Assembly (NCBI GenBank): GCA_964016885.1
Contig: OZ024742.1
Coordinates: forward strand, 347,262,001-347,326,000
Length of the DNA stretch: 64,000 nucleotides
Direction of reading: 5' to 3'
Origin: Eledone cirrhosa
Lineage: Eukaryota
The notes beneath the pieces were generated by a model. The model was not told where the DNA came from. It searched no databases and saw only the letters and a list, made by a program, of their open reading frames with translations. A program made the position numbers and the translations under genes. This document shows positions 24,655 to 37,758 of the stretch, piece by piece (the first letter of the stretch is position 1; each line of letters begins with the position of its first letter).

Positions 24655-24713
<59 letters not shown>

Positions 24714-25301
24714 ACATATATATATATTTAACTATTGACCTACAACTTCGGATAGAGTTGTAGGGGTGCTGTAGAGACATAAAGTGTGTCTTGGGTATTT
24801 TATCCCTTTAGTTACGAATCTGGCCAAAACTGGCCCTGGTTCTATTAAATAAAGTCACCCATTTTAAAGGTTTCCAATTTAAATTAAAATCTTCCAACAT
24901 AATTTTGTAAAAGAACCTTACATTAAGTTACTATATTGATTCTTCTTCTTCGCCCACATATTCCTGAGAGGGTCGTGTGGGCAGAGTCCTCAAACACTCC
25001 TTCCAGCAAGTCCTGTCAGAAGCAACCATCTCCAACTGATCTAGCTGGATCGCCAAGCGTGACCAGCCAAGCTGATGGGATGTTATCCAACCATCTTGCT
25101 AGGCATCTACCCTGGATCTCCTACCAGTTGGTTTTGACCATAAAATCTATCCAGTGATTTTTTTTCTTGAGACATTCCCCGTTTTTTTCTCTCCTTTCTT
25201 TGCAAAGGAGGTAGCGGGTCGCTGGGCGGCTGAGGATTGAGAGCAGTCCGTTGCTGCAAATCTGTAACAAGCATCAGCAACCTTACTATATTAGTAATGA
25301 A

Positions 25302-25704
25302 ATCATCATCATCATCATTTCATCATTTCATTTTACGTCCGCTTTTTCCCTGCTTGCAAGGGTGGGACGGGAACTGATTCTGGCTTGATTTCTACAGCTG
25401 GATTCCCTTCCTAACACCAACCTCATTTACAGTGAGTGCTGGGTGCTTTTTTTCTGTGGCGCCTACACGTCCACTTTACAGTGTGGGCTGGGTGCTTTTT
25501 TTGCCGTGGCACCTCCACGACCACTTTGCAGTGGAATGATATGGACCCCAGTCCCTATCATCTTATTTCTACAGCTGAGTAAACTGGAGCAATGTGAAAT
25601 AAAGTGTCTTGCTCAAGGAAACAACACATCACCCGGTCTGAGAATTGAACTCACAACCTTTCGATTGCAAGGCCAATGCTCTAACCACTAAGCCATGTGC
25701 CTCC
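25302..25704 (-). mobile_element. SINE family A, full length with internal duplication
   Basis: Reverse complement of family A; the tttacagtgtg..gctgggtgctttttt module occurs twice. Confidence 0.9.
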
Positions 25705-26720
25705 ATGAAATAATTAATAATTTTAGCAAATCCCTTAAAATTCTTCATTAATTATTTAAAAGTATTTCATGTGAAATACAGTCATGAAAGGGTTAAACCT
25801 GGTGTAGCTCATCCCTTCTCCAGATTTGAACTCAGCCAATTTCTTCCTGAAAAAAGAGGGAGACATTGACATAGAAGAAGAATCTATCCCAGTACTGTAC
25901 TGGTATTTTCTTTTTGTCGATCTTAAAAGGATGAAAAGCAAAGTTTACCTTAGTGGGACAGAAGGCAGGAATAAATACCACAAAACATTGTATCTGACAT
26001 TCTAATGACTCAGCTAATTCATATACATAACTCCTGTATTTGTTCAGCACTGAGCACCTTAGTATTGTAATAAGGTAGTGCCAGTGATATGATAAAAAGC
26101 ACCCAGTCCACCCTGTACAGTAACTGGTGCCATAATAAAAAGCATCCTGTCAGCCCTGTAATAGTTAGTGCTGGTGTCACAATAAAAAGTAACCCAGTCC
26201 ACTCTGAAAAATGGTAGTGCTGGTACCATTACAAAAAGCACCCAGTCCACCCTATAAGGTGATAGTGATGGAGTCATGATAAAATGCTCCCAGTAATTGC
26301 TGTAAAGTGACTGGTGTTATAAAGGGCCTCCAGCTGTAGAAACCAAGCCAAAAAGAGGAGCATACAAGACACAACCAATCTAGTCCCAGAATATGACCAA
26401 CCATCTAACCCATAGAAAATAGATGTTAAGATAGTGATGATGAGTTCCAAACAATCTCTTATCAATCTCACCGTCACAAATGCAGTGAACCTGTGATGTT
26501 TTTAGTAACAAAAGCTTGTAACACTGTTTAGAAAGGGTGTCATATGTATGTATGTATGTACTGGAGATGACACCGCAGTGCACCGAAGAGGACATGGGTG
26601 AAACAAATCGAGGAGGACCTGAAATCGTAGCGCCTTGACCTCAACTATGCTAACGTCAGCGCCATGGACAGAAAAGTGTGGGATTTGGGCCGGGTGGTAT
26701 TTTTTGTACAGTGGAGGGCA

Positions 26721-28720
26721 TTGTCCAGGAGAGTAGGAGTTTCAATGAGGTTTTGGTAGGTGGTGTTTTTGTCCAGGAGGGTAGGAGTTTCAATGGGGTT
26801 TTGGCAGGTGGTGTTTTTGTCCAGGAGGGTAGGAGTTTCAATGGGGTTTTGGCAGGTGGTGTTTTTGTCAGTAGGGTAGAGGTTTCAATGGGGTTTTGGC
26901 AGGTGGTGTTTTTGTCCAGGAGGGTAGGAGTTTCAATAAGGTTTTGGCAGGTGGTGTTTTTGTCAGTAGGGTAGAGGTTTCAATGGGGTTTTGGCAGGTG
27001 GTATTTTTGGCCAGGAGGGTAGGAGTTTCAATGAGGTTTTGGCAGGTGGTGTTTTTGGCCAGGAGGGTAGGAGTTTCAATGAGGTTTTGGCAGGTGGTGT
27101 TTTTGGCTAGGAGGGTAGGAGTTTCAATGAGGTTTTGGCAGGTGGTGTTTTTGGCCAGGAGGGTAGGAGTTTCAATGAGGTTTTGGCAGGTGGTGTTTTT
27201 GGCCAGGAGGGTAGGAGTTTCAATGGGGTTTTGGCAGTTGGTGTTTTTGGTCAGGAGGGTAGGAGTTTCAATGAGGTTTTGGCAGGTGGTGTTTTTGGCC
27301 AGGAGGGTAGGAGTTTCAATGAGGTTTTGGCAGGTGGTGTTTTTGTCCAGGAGGGTAGGAGTTTCAATGAGGTTTTGGCAGGTGGTGTTTTTGTCCAGTA
27401 GGGTAGAGGTTTCAATGAGGTTTTGGTAGGTGGTGTTTTTGTCCAGTAGGGTAGAGGTTTCAATGAGGTTTTGGCAGGTGGTGTTTTTGTCCAGTAGGGT
27501 AGAGGTTTCAATGAGGTTTTGGCAGGTGGTGTTTTTGTCCAGTAGGGTAGGAGTTTCAATGAGGTTTTGGTAGGTGGTGTTTTTGTCCAGTAGGGTAGAG
27601 GTTTCAATGAGGTTTTGGCAGGTGGTGTTTTTGTCCAGGAGGGTAGGAGTTTCAATGAGGTTTTTGTCCAGGAGGGTAGAGGTTTCAATGGGGTTTTGGC
27701 AAGTGGTGTTTTTGTCAGTAGGGTAGGAGTTTCAATGGGGTTTTGGTAGGTGGTGTTTTTGTCCAGTAGGGTAAAGGTTTCAATGAGGTTTTGGTAGATG
27801 GTGTTTTTGTCCAGTAGGGTAAAGGTTTCAATGAGGTTTTGGTAGGTGGTGTTTTTGTCCAGTAGGGTAGAGGTTTCAATGAGGTTTTGGTAGGTGGTGT
27901 TTTTGTCCAGTAGGGTAGAGGTTTCAATGAGGTTTTGGCAGGTGGTGTTTTTGTCCAGTAGGGTAAAGGTTTCAATGAGGTTTTGGCAGGTGGTGTTTTT
28001 GTCCAGTAGGGTAAAGGTTTCAATGAGGTTTTGGCAGGTGGTGTTTTTGTCCAGTAGGGTAAAGGTTTCAATGAGGTTTTGGCAGGTGGTGTTTTTGTCC
28101 AGTAGGGTAAAGGTTTCAATGAGGTTTTGGTAGGTGGTGTTTTTGTCCAGTAGGGTAAAGGTTTCAATGAGGTTTTGGCAGGTGGTGTTTTTGTCCAGTA
28201 GGGTAAAGGTTTCAATGAGGTTTTGGTAGGTGGTGTTTTTGTCCAGTAGGGTAAAGGTTTCAATGAGGTTTTGGCAGGTGGTGTTTTTGTCCAGTAGGGT
28301 AAAGGTTTCAATGAGGTTTTGGTAGGTAGTGTTTTTGTCCAGTAGGGTAAAGGTTTCAATGAGGTTTTGGTAGGTGGTGTTTTTGTCCAGTAGGGTAAAG
28401 GTTTCAATGAGGTTTTGGTAGGTGGTGTTTTTGTCCAGTAGGGTAAAGGTTTCAATGAGGTTTTGGTAGGTGGTGTTTTTGTCCAGTAGGGTAGAGGTTT
28501 CAATGAGGTTTTGGCAGGTGGTGTTTTTGTCCAGTAGGGTAAAGGTTTCAATGAGGTTTTGGCAGGTGGTGTTTTTGTCCAGTAGGGTAGAGGTTTCAAT
28601 GAGGTTTTGGCAGGTGGTGTTTTTGTTCGGTAGGGTAAAGGTTTCAATGAGGTTTTGGTAGGTGGTGTTTTTGTCCAGTAGGGTAAAGGTTTCAATGAGG
28701 TTTTGGCAGGTGGTGTTTTT
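26721..28720. repeat. 48-bp minisatellite, about 41-42 copies
   Basis: Unit ccagtagggtaaaggtttcaatgaggttttggcaggtggtgtttttgt; left-hand variant ccaggagggtaggagtttc. Confidence 0.97.
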
Positions 28721-29042
28721 TACCCTGAAGATTTTTGTCATGGACTCAGCATGTTCAATCTGTGCCATCCTAGGGTAAAGCAACACCAGTATCAACCAAA
28801 TAGCAGTAATAATCAAAGAACATTGTCTCCATAGATGATATATACATCTCTACATCTCTTATATAAATTCTTGGAGAATATTGTATGGGTCTGACTGGTA
28901 TTTAGAACAATTATTGATTTAAAAGTACACCTATAATATAGATACCAAATAAATATATACATATATATGTATGAGTGTGTATATATATATATGTGTGTGT
29001 ATATATACACACACACATATATATATATACCTACATATATAT

Positions 29043-30276
29043 GTATGGGTGCATAAAAGATGTAGTGGGATCACAGGTAAGCTAACTAAGAACATAGATT
29101 TTACATGTGGCCGGTGCTCTGGTGCAATAAGTAGCAGCAAGTGCCCACAAAATACTAGCTCTTTCAACTGTGCAGAGGTTTCTATAGAAATAGTGGACAG
29201 CTTCCGTTACCTGGGTGACAAAATCAGCAGTGGGGGAGGGTGCTCTGAAAGTACAGTAGCTAGAGTCAGAACTGGATGGAAAAAGTTCAGAGAGCTTATA
29301 CCACTATTAGCCGCTAGAGGGTTCTCCCTAAAAATGAAAGGCAGGTTGTATGATGCCTGCATACGAACAGCAATGTTGCATGGCAGTGAGACCTGGGCAT
29401 TGTGTGCAGAGGATATACGCAGACTAGAGAGAAACGAAGCTTGCATGCTCCGCTGGATGTGTAATAGTAATATACGTGAACAGCAAAGCATAAACGAACT
29501 AAGGAAAAAAATTAGAAATAAGAGGGATCAGATGTTGTTTACTCGAGAGAAGGCTACGTCAGTATGGTCACGTGATGCGCATGAAAGACGATAGCTGTAT
29601 AACAAAGTGCAGGGCAATAAAGATAGACGGTAGCCACGGAATAGGCAGACCCAGAAAGACCTGGGACGAGCTGATAAATTCCGACCTCACACACTTACAC
29701 CTCACCAAGACAATGTCACTGGACCGTGACCTTTGGCGGTACTCAGTAATAGAGAAGACCCGCCTTACCTAAATACAAAGTAAAACCTACTACAGTCAGT
29801 AGGCATCTCTAACAAAATACACCCCCGTCCCACCACCCCCACCCCATCCACACCGCCCCTTTCAATGTAAAGTTATGTTGGTGCCACAACATCCAGGCCG
29901 AAACAAATGAGATCGTGTAGGTGTCACGACAAAAAAACACACAGTTCACGCTGTAATGTGGCCGTGTAGGCAACACGGTAAAAACCTCCCAGCCCCACAC
30001 TGTAAATGTGGTTGGTGTTAGGAAGGGCATCCAGCTGTAGAAAACCTGCCAGACAGTCCACGCTGAAATGTGGCCGTGTAGGCAACACGGTAAAAACCTC
30101 CCAGCCCCACACTGTAAATGTGGTTGGTGTTAGGAAGGGCATCCAGCTGTAGAAAACCCGCCAGATAGTCCTATGTGAGCAAGATAATCACTCTTGCCTC
30201 AAGTGGGAAAACCCCCGTCCAAACCCATGCAAGCGTGGAACACGGACGTTAAACGTTGATGATGATGATGATGATA
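29043..30276 (+). mobile_element. RTE LINE family B, 5'-truncated, with 112-bp duplication in the 3'UTR
   Basis: WVHKRCSG..CGRC, VDSFRYLGD, LYDACIRTAMLHGSETW, GRPRKTW. Duplicated block starts at 29947 and 30059. Confidence 0.9.
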
Positions 30277-30804
30277 TACATATATGTGTGTATGTGTGTG
30301 TGTATATATGCAAAGGAGCTCTTAAGAGTCAATGGCCATCCAAAATCACAGGGAGAGATGACCCCTTAGCCTTTGTCAAGGCAGAATTCTAGGAGAAGGA
30401 AAACTCTGATATAACACCTGCAACCCTGATGGTATCCAATGATGTTGACTTGTTCTTCTTTTTGGTAAATATCATCTTGGTTAAGAGAGTGGGACTGGCT
30501 TTGTGCAGTGCCTTTGCTCACTATAAAAGCTTCACGGCACAGGCATTGCTTTATATCTGGAGGTCTCTCTGCACTTGTCCTCACATGGTACCATGGGCCC
30601 AGCACTATGTGTCAATAATTGTCACAAGTGTAGTGTTTGTACCAGAGTTTTCAAGTCGCTGGCTGGACTAAAAAGTCACACTCGTTCAGCGTATCGGTAG
30701 GGGTTCTCCTACATGGATATAAAGTAGTGGCCGTACTCGAAGACGAGTTGGCAGCCACCATATATACATATATATACACACATACACACACACATATATA
30801 TATA

Positions 30805-31141
30805 GAGGCACATGGCTTAGTGGTTAGAGCATTGGCCTTGCAATCGAAAGGTTGTGAGTTCAATTCTCAGACTGGGTGATGTGTTGTTTCCTTGAGCAAG
30901 ACACTTTATTTCACATTGCTCCAGTTTACTCAGCTGTAGAAATGAGATGATAGGGACTAGGGTCCATATCATTCCACTGCAAAGTGGTCGTGGAGGTGCC
31001 ACGGCAAAAAAGCACCCAGCACTCACTGTAAATGAGGTTGGTGTTAGGAAGGGCATCCAGCTGTAGAAATCAAGCCAGAATCAGTTCTTGTCCCACCCTT
31101 GCAAGCAGGGAAAAGTGGATGTAAAGCGATGATGATGATGA
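30805..31141 (+). mobile_element. SINE family A, full length
   Basis: Matches 9619-9970. Confidence 0.9.
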
Positions 31142-31158
31142 TACATACATACATACAT

Positions 31159-31224
<66 letters not shown>

Positions 31225-31535
31225 CATATATATGCAAATAAAAATAACGCACACACACACACACATGTGTGTGTGTGATGTTGATATATATATTTTTCAA
31301 TCCAGAAATTGTGAAAGTTGGCCAACATTCAATTATTAATTACAACACATCATTCAGTGATAATTAGTCTTAATTGATTAAATTTCCAATAATATCCTGG
31401 TTGTGAATATATTAGTATTTATAGCAAGATGCGAAACTGTTACTATGAATAATGTATATAGGTAAATAACACACTATTGATATGGTAATGTTGGTCGGTG
31501 CAATCTTTTTGTCTGCTTTTGCATGTGACTATATA

Positions 31536-31988
31536 TATACTAAAGTGCATTACCATGAGTATATATTAAGGTGCAGTACCAGGGTGTACATACTAAGATG
31601 CTGTGCCTTTTATGTATGTATATATATATATATATATATACTAAAGTGCATTACATTATATATATATATATACTAATGCACTTTAGTATATATATATATA
31701 TATATATATATATACTAAAGTGCATTACAATGAGTATATTTTAAGGTGCAGTACCAGGGTGTACATACTAAGATGCTATGCCATTTATGTATGTATATAT
31801 ATAGGAAAATGTTCAAGACCCCGACAGCAGAGCTCAAGCCTTTTCGACGGCTATTTCTGGACTCGAAACGGCTTGAGCTCTGCCGTCGGGGTCTTGAACA
31901 TTTTCCTATTACCCACTCTACTTCCCTAAGTATTGAGTAACCTGGTGCGTTATGGTCCATCTGGTTCCTTACCACACTTCCTTTGTTA
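31536..31988. repeat. Local direct duplication (~90 bp) plus two inverted repeats among (TA)n
   Basis: 31536-31625 matches 31711-31800; hairpin arms at 31801-31845 and 31863-31909. Confidence 0.75.
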
Positions 31989-32149
31989 TATATATATATA
32001 TAGTCTTATTACTCTGGAGTTTCATCAGTTTATATCACTGTGATAAACAGGCAAAACTCCAGAGTAACAAGACTTACTATTCAGCCTTAATAAAATGAAT
32101 ATTAAAACTCTACTTCGGTATTGAGTACCCATTTCTCTCAGCCACATAC

Positions 32150-32199
<50 letters not shown>

Positions 32200-32249
32200 A
32201 GGTGCTGTACTTTGTTTATATACATAAATATAGATAAATATAGATATAT

Positions 32250-32928
32250 CAAAATTGACAGTAGCCATGGCGTGGACAGGCCTAGGAAGATTTGAGATGC
32301 GGTAATAAAAGCTGATTTTGTACAATTACTCCTCACTAAGGCAGTTACACAGGATTGTGATCTCTGGCACTATGCAGTATTACAGAAGACCCGACTTCCC
32401 ATATCTCGAGCTGAGGCATATATCTAATAGGCAACACCTTTCCCTACAATCTCCCCTCCCATACACCTCCCTTGCTGTAATCATCCCACCCCTATACCTA
32501 CATTCCCAATTTCCTCAAACATCTTCCCCACCCCACTCAAGTTCCCAACCCACTCCATAATGTGGTTCCCTTGGAGCCACAAGAAAAGTGCCCACACTAT
32601 AAAGTGGTTACGTAGGAGCCATGACCAAAAGTGCCCAGTCCACACTGAACTCACATGCAAAACCACACTGTAAAGTGGGTGCGTAGGTGTCACAACAAAA
32701 AACACCCAGTATACACTGTAAAGTGGTTGTGTGTGAAGGTGTCATGACAAAAAGCACCCAGTACACACTGGTTGGCATTAGGAAGGGCATCTGGCCATAT
32801 AAACCAAGTTCTGTATGAGCAAGACATAATCACCTGACCTGGCCTATCTCACAACAGGACAACTCATTTAAGTCATTCTAGCATGGAAAAGTGGATGTTA
32901 AACAATGATGATAATGATGATGATGATA
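32250..32928 (+). mobile_element. Old RTE family B-like 3' end
   Basis: IKIDSSHGVDRPRKI codons, a diverged 3'UTR and a (GAT)n tail. Confidence 0.65.
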
Positions 32929-33448
32929 TAAGAATTTTCTTCTACTTTAACCCTTTTGATACAAACCTGCCCCAAATCACCTGATTCTATGGAACAAAAC
33001 CATCCATTTTAAAGAGTTCTTATTTAAATTAAAATCTTCTAACATAATTTGACAAAAGCCTTTTTTTAAATTACATTACAAATACCATGTTCTTTGCCCA
33101 CATATTCCTGGGAGAGTCCTCAAGTACTTCTTCCAGCAGATCCTGTCAGAAGCAACCATCTCCAACTGATTCAGCTGGATCCCTAAGCAAAACCAGCCAA
33201 GCTCTGGATGCTATCCAACCATCTTATTCAGAGTCTACCCCTGGGTCTCCTGCCAGTTGGTTTTGTCCGTAAAATATGTACAGCAATTCTTACTTGAGAC
33301 ATCCTAACCACATCATCATCACGGTTTAATGTCCATTTTCCACGCTAATAATATATAAATACCATCTTAATAATGAAATAATTATTTTAGTAAATCCTCT
33401 AAATTCTTCATTAATTAATTCAAATACAGTGTATTTTATTATAAACAT

Positions 33449-33797
33449 GGAGGCACATGGCTTAGTGGTTAGAACATTGGCCTTGCAATCGAAAGGTTGT
33501 GAGTTCAATTCTCAGACCAGGTGATGTGTTGTTTTCTTGAGCAAGACACTTTATTTCACATTGCTCCAGTTTACTCAGCTGTAGAAATGAGATGATAGGA
33601 CTGGGGTCCCTATCATTCCACTGCAAAGTAGATGTGTAGGCACCACGGAAAAAAAGCACCCAGCACTCACTGTAAATGAGGTTGGTGTTAGGAAGGACAT
33701 CCAGCTGTAGAAATCATGTCAAAATCAGTTCCCGTCCCACTCTTGCAAGCAGGGAAAAGCAGACGTAAAAATGAAATGATGATGAATGATGATGATG
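33449..33797 (+). mobile_element. SINE family A, full length
   Basis: Very close to 9619-9970 (same subtype). Confidence 0.9.
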
Positions 33798-35101
33798 GTA
33801 ATGAAAGGGTCAATACTTTTGAAGAAAGTATGACCTAAGTAAAACTAATTCTTATCTGCTGAAATACCTTACCAGTAACAATGTTTTCATTCTAACTTTA
33901 CACCAATTTACCTCCGTTTCATAGAGTTTTTTTATTTATATATTTGTTACTGGATTAAATCTTAGCAGAATATCCTAAAATTATCGACTTACTCCCAAGT
34001 TTTAACCTATTTTCATTTAATCACTCATAGACCCATTATCACAACACACAACCAAATAATGCAGTATACAGCAGGGCCTCATGTATGTAGTATATACAGG
34101 GCCAGTACCTGGGTATTTAATGCCATAGGCTAGCACTATAATGTGTATCACATTCTCCCAGTTTTGATACCCATTTTGCCAAATAAAAAATTTCAGTTTA
34201 CAGTTTGGTAAGCTGACAAACCTAATTTTTTACATCTCTTGCTTTGATCATACTAAGAAAATTACTAAGACTACATTCTTCACTACACAGTCCGCACTCA
34301 CCCACACCAAATTATGTTACAGGTCATAACATCATACAACCCGCTCCACCACTTGGGATATTTCCAATATGCTCCTACTCAACAAAGATGTTTAGTGATT
34401 TATTTATTGCAGAAAATTATTATATATTTAATTTGTATAAAACTGTGGTCCTTTAAGGTTCAGTAATGAGTCTCCCTGAGGTCTGCATCCTAGCTAGTTG
34501 GCCAACTGGTAGTGTTGGCTCTGTGTGTACTCTTGGGTCCGAAATAAGTGGAAGGGGTGGAATAAGCAGAGAGAGCTTGGAATAAGCGGAAGGAGTGAAA
34601 AATCGGTGATTTTTCTAGGTTGTCTCCGTTGAGTGTTTTAAAAACTAGAATTATTCGTTTAGTTTACATATTGAGACCTCAACCCATCCTATTTATTTTG
34701 TAACGTATGGGATTTCTAGTAATGTACTTTTTTTGTCAAGTATGTTTTTTAATGTCTAAAGAAAATTAATTGTCACAGGAATGCTACCACTTAAAATAAA
34801 ATTACTTTGGATATAGATTAGCAAAATTTAAAAAGTTTGAATAAGAGCTGATGGAGGGCTATTATTTGAGACCCGAGAGTATAGTGAGCTGAAAAACTTT
34901 GGTTAATGGAGATTATCCAAACCAGTACATGAAATCTCCCTCTGTTATATGGCAGTATTTGGTAGCCTAGAGATTCATTGTGAAGTTATTCAACTTCACT
35001 TGCTATAATAAACTAAAAGCAAGTAAAGGCATGGTCCTGTACTCATGAGGGAGTTGTAGGAGCAGCACATTAACATACAGCGTTTCTAGGGCATTTTTTA
35101 A

Positions 35102-35318
35102 CCCTTTAGCATTTAAACCAACTGTATCCATCTAGAATTTTCTCACCTCTTTCTGTTTAAACCAGCTGTAACTGGCCACTCATAATGATATTAAGGTATT
35201 GTTCTCAAAATAAATAATATCAAAATCTCATAAATTCAATATTATCTGAGATAATTATGTGAAGTAAAGCCTTTACCATGAAAATACAATAGTATAGAGA
35301 AATGTAAATGCTAAAGAG
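35102..35318. mobile_element. piggyBac-like MITE
   Basis: TTAA-ccctttagcattta...taaatgctaaagag-TTAA; homologous to 54111-54318. Confidence 0.7.
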
Positions 35319-35789
35319 TTAAACCTGGTGGAGCCCATCTCTTTCCAGGCCTGAGTGCAGCAGATTTCTTCCAGAGAAGGATAAAGAGTGAGAAGAAGAT
35401 ATAGATGAAGAATCGACCCTTGTATTTGACTGGTACTTTTCTTATCAGCCTTGAATGGCTGAAAAACAAAGTTAACCTCGGCGGGATTTGAACTCAGAGA
35501 GCAGAGAGCTGGAATAAATACCGCAAAGTATTCTAGCTAACGTTCTAACAACTCTGCCAATTCGGTGCCTACAAATAAACTAAAGTAAAAACAAAACAAA
35601 AAAAAAACTACCAAGAAAAAAAAATCAAAAAAGAAACCTGGGAAAATTGATCTTTCACTCTTTCTGTAAATTATTAAAGGATGCATTCCTTAGGAACTCA
35701 TTCTTGGGTAGAGTTTTAAAAGATTGTGTTACTGCAGTTATATAAAATGTATAAAGAGCTTTGAAAAGTCTAAGTCCAAAGTATGTCTC

Positions 35790-36330
35790 AAGCCAGGAGG
35801 TTCATTAGGCCAATGTTTATCCTGGTTTCATGGCATGAAGCAACAGAGAGTACAAAACTCCCACCCTGGACAGGATGCCAGTCCATTGCAGGGTCAAAGT
35901 CTGTCTTTAACCCCCTGAGGCTCATCAGTCTGGTGCTTATCCAGGTTTCATGGTGTGAAGCAACTGAAAGTACAAGAATTCCTCCTGGACAGGACATCAG
36001 TCCATTGCAGAGTTAAACCCCCAGCTATTGCTGGTACTAATTTTCAGCTGAGTATACTGGAGCAATGTGAAATGAAGTGTTTTGCTCAAGAACACAACAC
36101 ACAACCCAGCCCAGGAATCGAAACCGCAACATTATGATTGTAAGTCCAACACTCTTAACATTAAGTCACTCTAGACTTCCCCCTGGACACCAGTCCATCG
36201 CAAGGTTAAACCCCAGCTATTAACTGAGTATACTGGAGCAACGTGAAATGAAGTGTTATGCTCAAGAACACAACCCAACCCAGGAATCAAACCCACGACA
36301 TTATGGTCATAAGTCCAACACCCTTACCAC
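35790..36330 (-). mobile_element. Stack of older CORE-like SINE fragments
   Basis: Repeated ggagcaa.gtgaaatgaagtgt..tgctcaagaacacaac and caggac..cagtccattgcag modules. Confidence 0.6.
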
Positions 36331-37254
36331 CTTGAAAAACTTATATTTATTCAAATCTGAAATATTACCTTCATTGAATTAACTGTTCCTTATTGACTTA
36401 GTTATAATCCCAATAAAGACATCTATATAGCTGAGATGGTTATCTTCCTCTTTTATGTTGTCTTCTGCCATACGAGACATTTTATTTTAAATTGTGGCAT
36501 AGAGTTACGTCCCTTTACGTTCTGGGTTTAAATCCAACTGAGGTTACCTTTGCCTTTCATCCTTACAGAGTCAATAAAATAAAGTACAAGTCACGCACTG
36601 GGGTCGATCTAATCGACTTTGCCCTTCCCCAAAATTGCTGGCCTTGTGCCCATATAAGAAACCATTATTATAGGGGAAAAAACCCTTTTGATTTTTAGTG
36701 GGGAAAATATTTTTTTTCCTAGATTTTTTCATGTGCTATCAACTAATCTGACCCTCAACATGTTCAGAATCGACTCCTTTTCCTGGAAAACGGAGCGAGT
36801 CGGAGTAATTATTTTCCCTCTTTTTTTTCTGTGTACAGTCAACTAATCTGACCTCCGAAACTTCCACAAAAGAGTGGGAGGCGGGTTAGGGTGATCCGAG
36901 GGTTATCCCCTCCCCAAGTTTTCTCTACTATTTTTTTTTCCGTGTGTTATCAACGAACATGACCTCCAAATTAGTCGGAGACTATATTTCTACAAAAAGG
37001 TGGAGGAAAAGACCATCAGAAGTTTCCTCTTTTGCTGTCAACTAATTTGACCTCTGAACCGTCTGCAAAGGTCTATTTAAAAAGAAAAAAAAAAACGAAA
37101 TATTTCCGACAATTTTGAAGGCCAGATTCGTTCAAAATTCCAAACCACAGGAAAACATAAATTTCATCCCCACTGTAAGATGGGTGTCATTGTACAAATC
37201 TACTAAATCAACAATGAACAGTTTATTCGATAAAGGAAATATTTCAGACTAGTA

Positions 37255-37665
37255 CCCTCGAGGGCATCACCTGACACCTCAGTAAGGCCTGGTGATGGCG
37301 AGGATAAAGCACTGAAACAACCAAGCACCCTCACCGGGAGCACCACTTGATACCTTAGTAAGGACGGGTGATGGCGATGCTAAGGCGCTGAAACAACCAA
37401 GCACCTTCACGGGCATCACCTGATACCTCAGTAAGGTGAGCTGCCAATGATGACAAAAACTTCGCTGTCAGCGGTCCAACTCCATAAAACGTATGAAACG
37501 CCACAGGCTGGACAAAATAGTTATTTGATAGTTGCCGGTATTCTAAGATTTTATTCCGTTCGGCAACGGAAGCAGTGACCCTGGCATTTACGGCGGCATC
37601 CATGGTGTTGGAGGGAGCAAATAAGTCACTGACTGCGACGTCCCAGATGAGACACCTACCTCTTA
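37255..37665 (-). mobile_element. CRE-like RLE retrotransposon C-terminal fragment
   Basis: LIWDVAVSD..AS.AE..K..EY..L..YFVQPVAF.T.G.G..FL..WLFQRLSIAI. A rearranged partial repeat lies at 37255-37340. Confidence 0.7.
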
Positions 37666-37758
37666 CCCCAGGTAATTTCTAAACTACCAAACACTGTCAT
37701 ATAACACAATTCCCCACAACGTTTAAAGGTGAAACTTTAGTTTAAATGTAACATCAAT

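Larger units (their letters stand above)
23068..24657 (+). mobile_element. Tandem hammerhead-containing repeat (retrozyme-like), about 3 units, with inverted 5' segment
   Basis: Units recur at 523-bp and 473-bp spacing, differing mainly in (TA)n length and one leader duplication. 23068-23220 is the reverse complement of the unit interior. (TA)n flanks both sides. Confidence 0.85.

Noticed and set aside
27251-28816. 521-aa and 326-aa repetitive ORFs
   Set aside because: They are translations of a 48-bp (16-codon) minisatellite that is open in several frames, with no unique domain.
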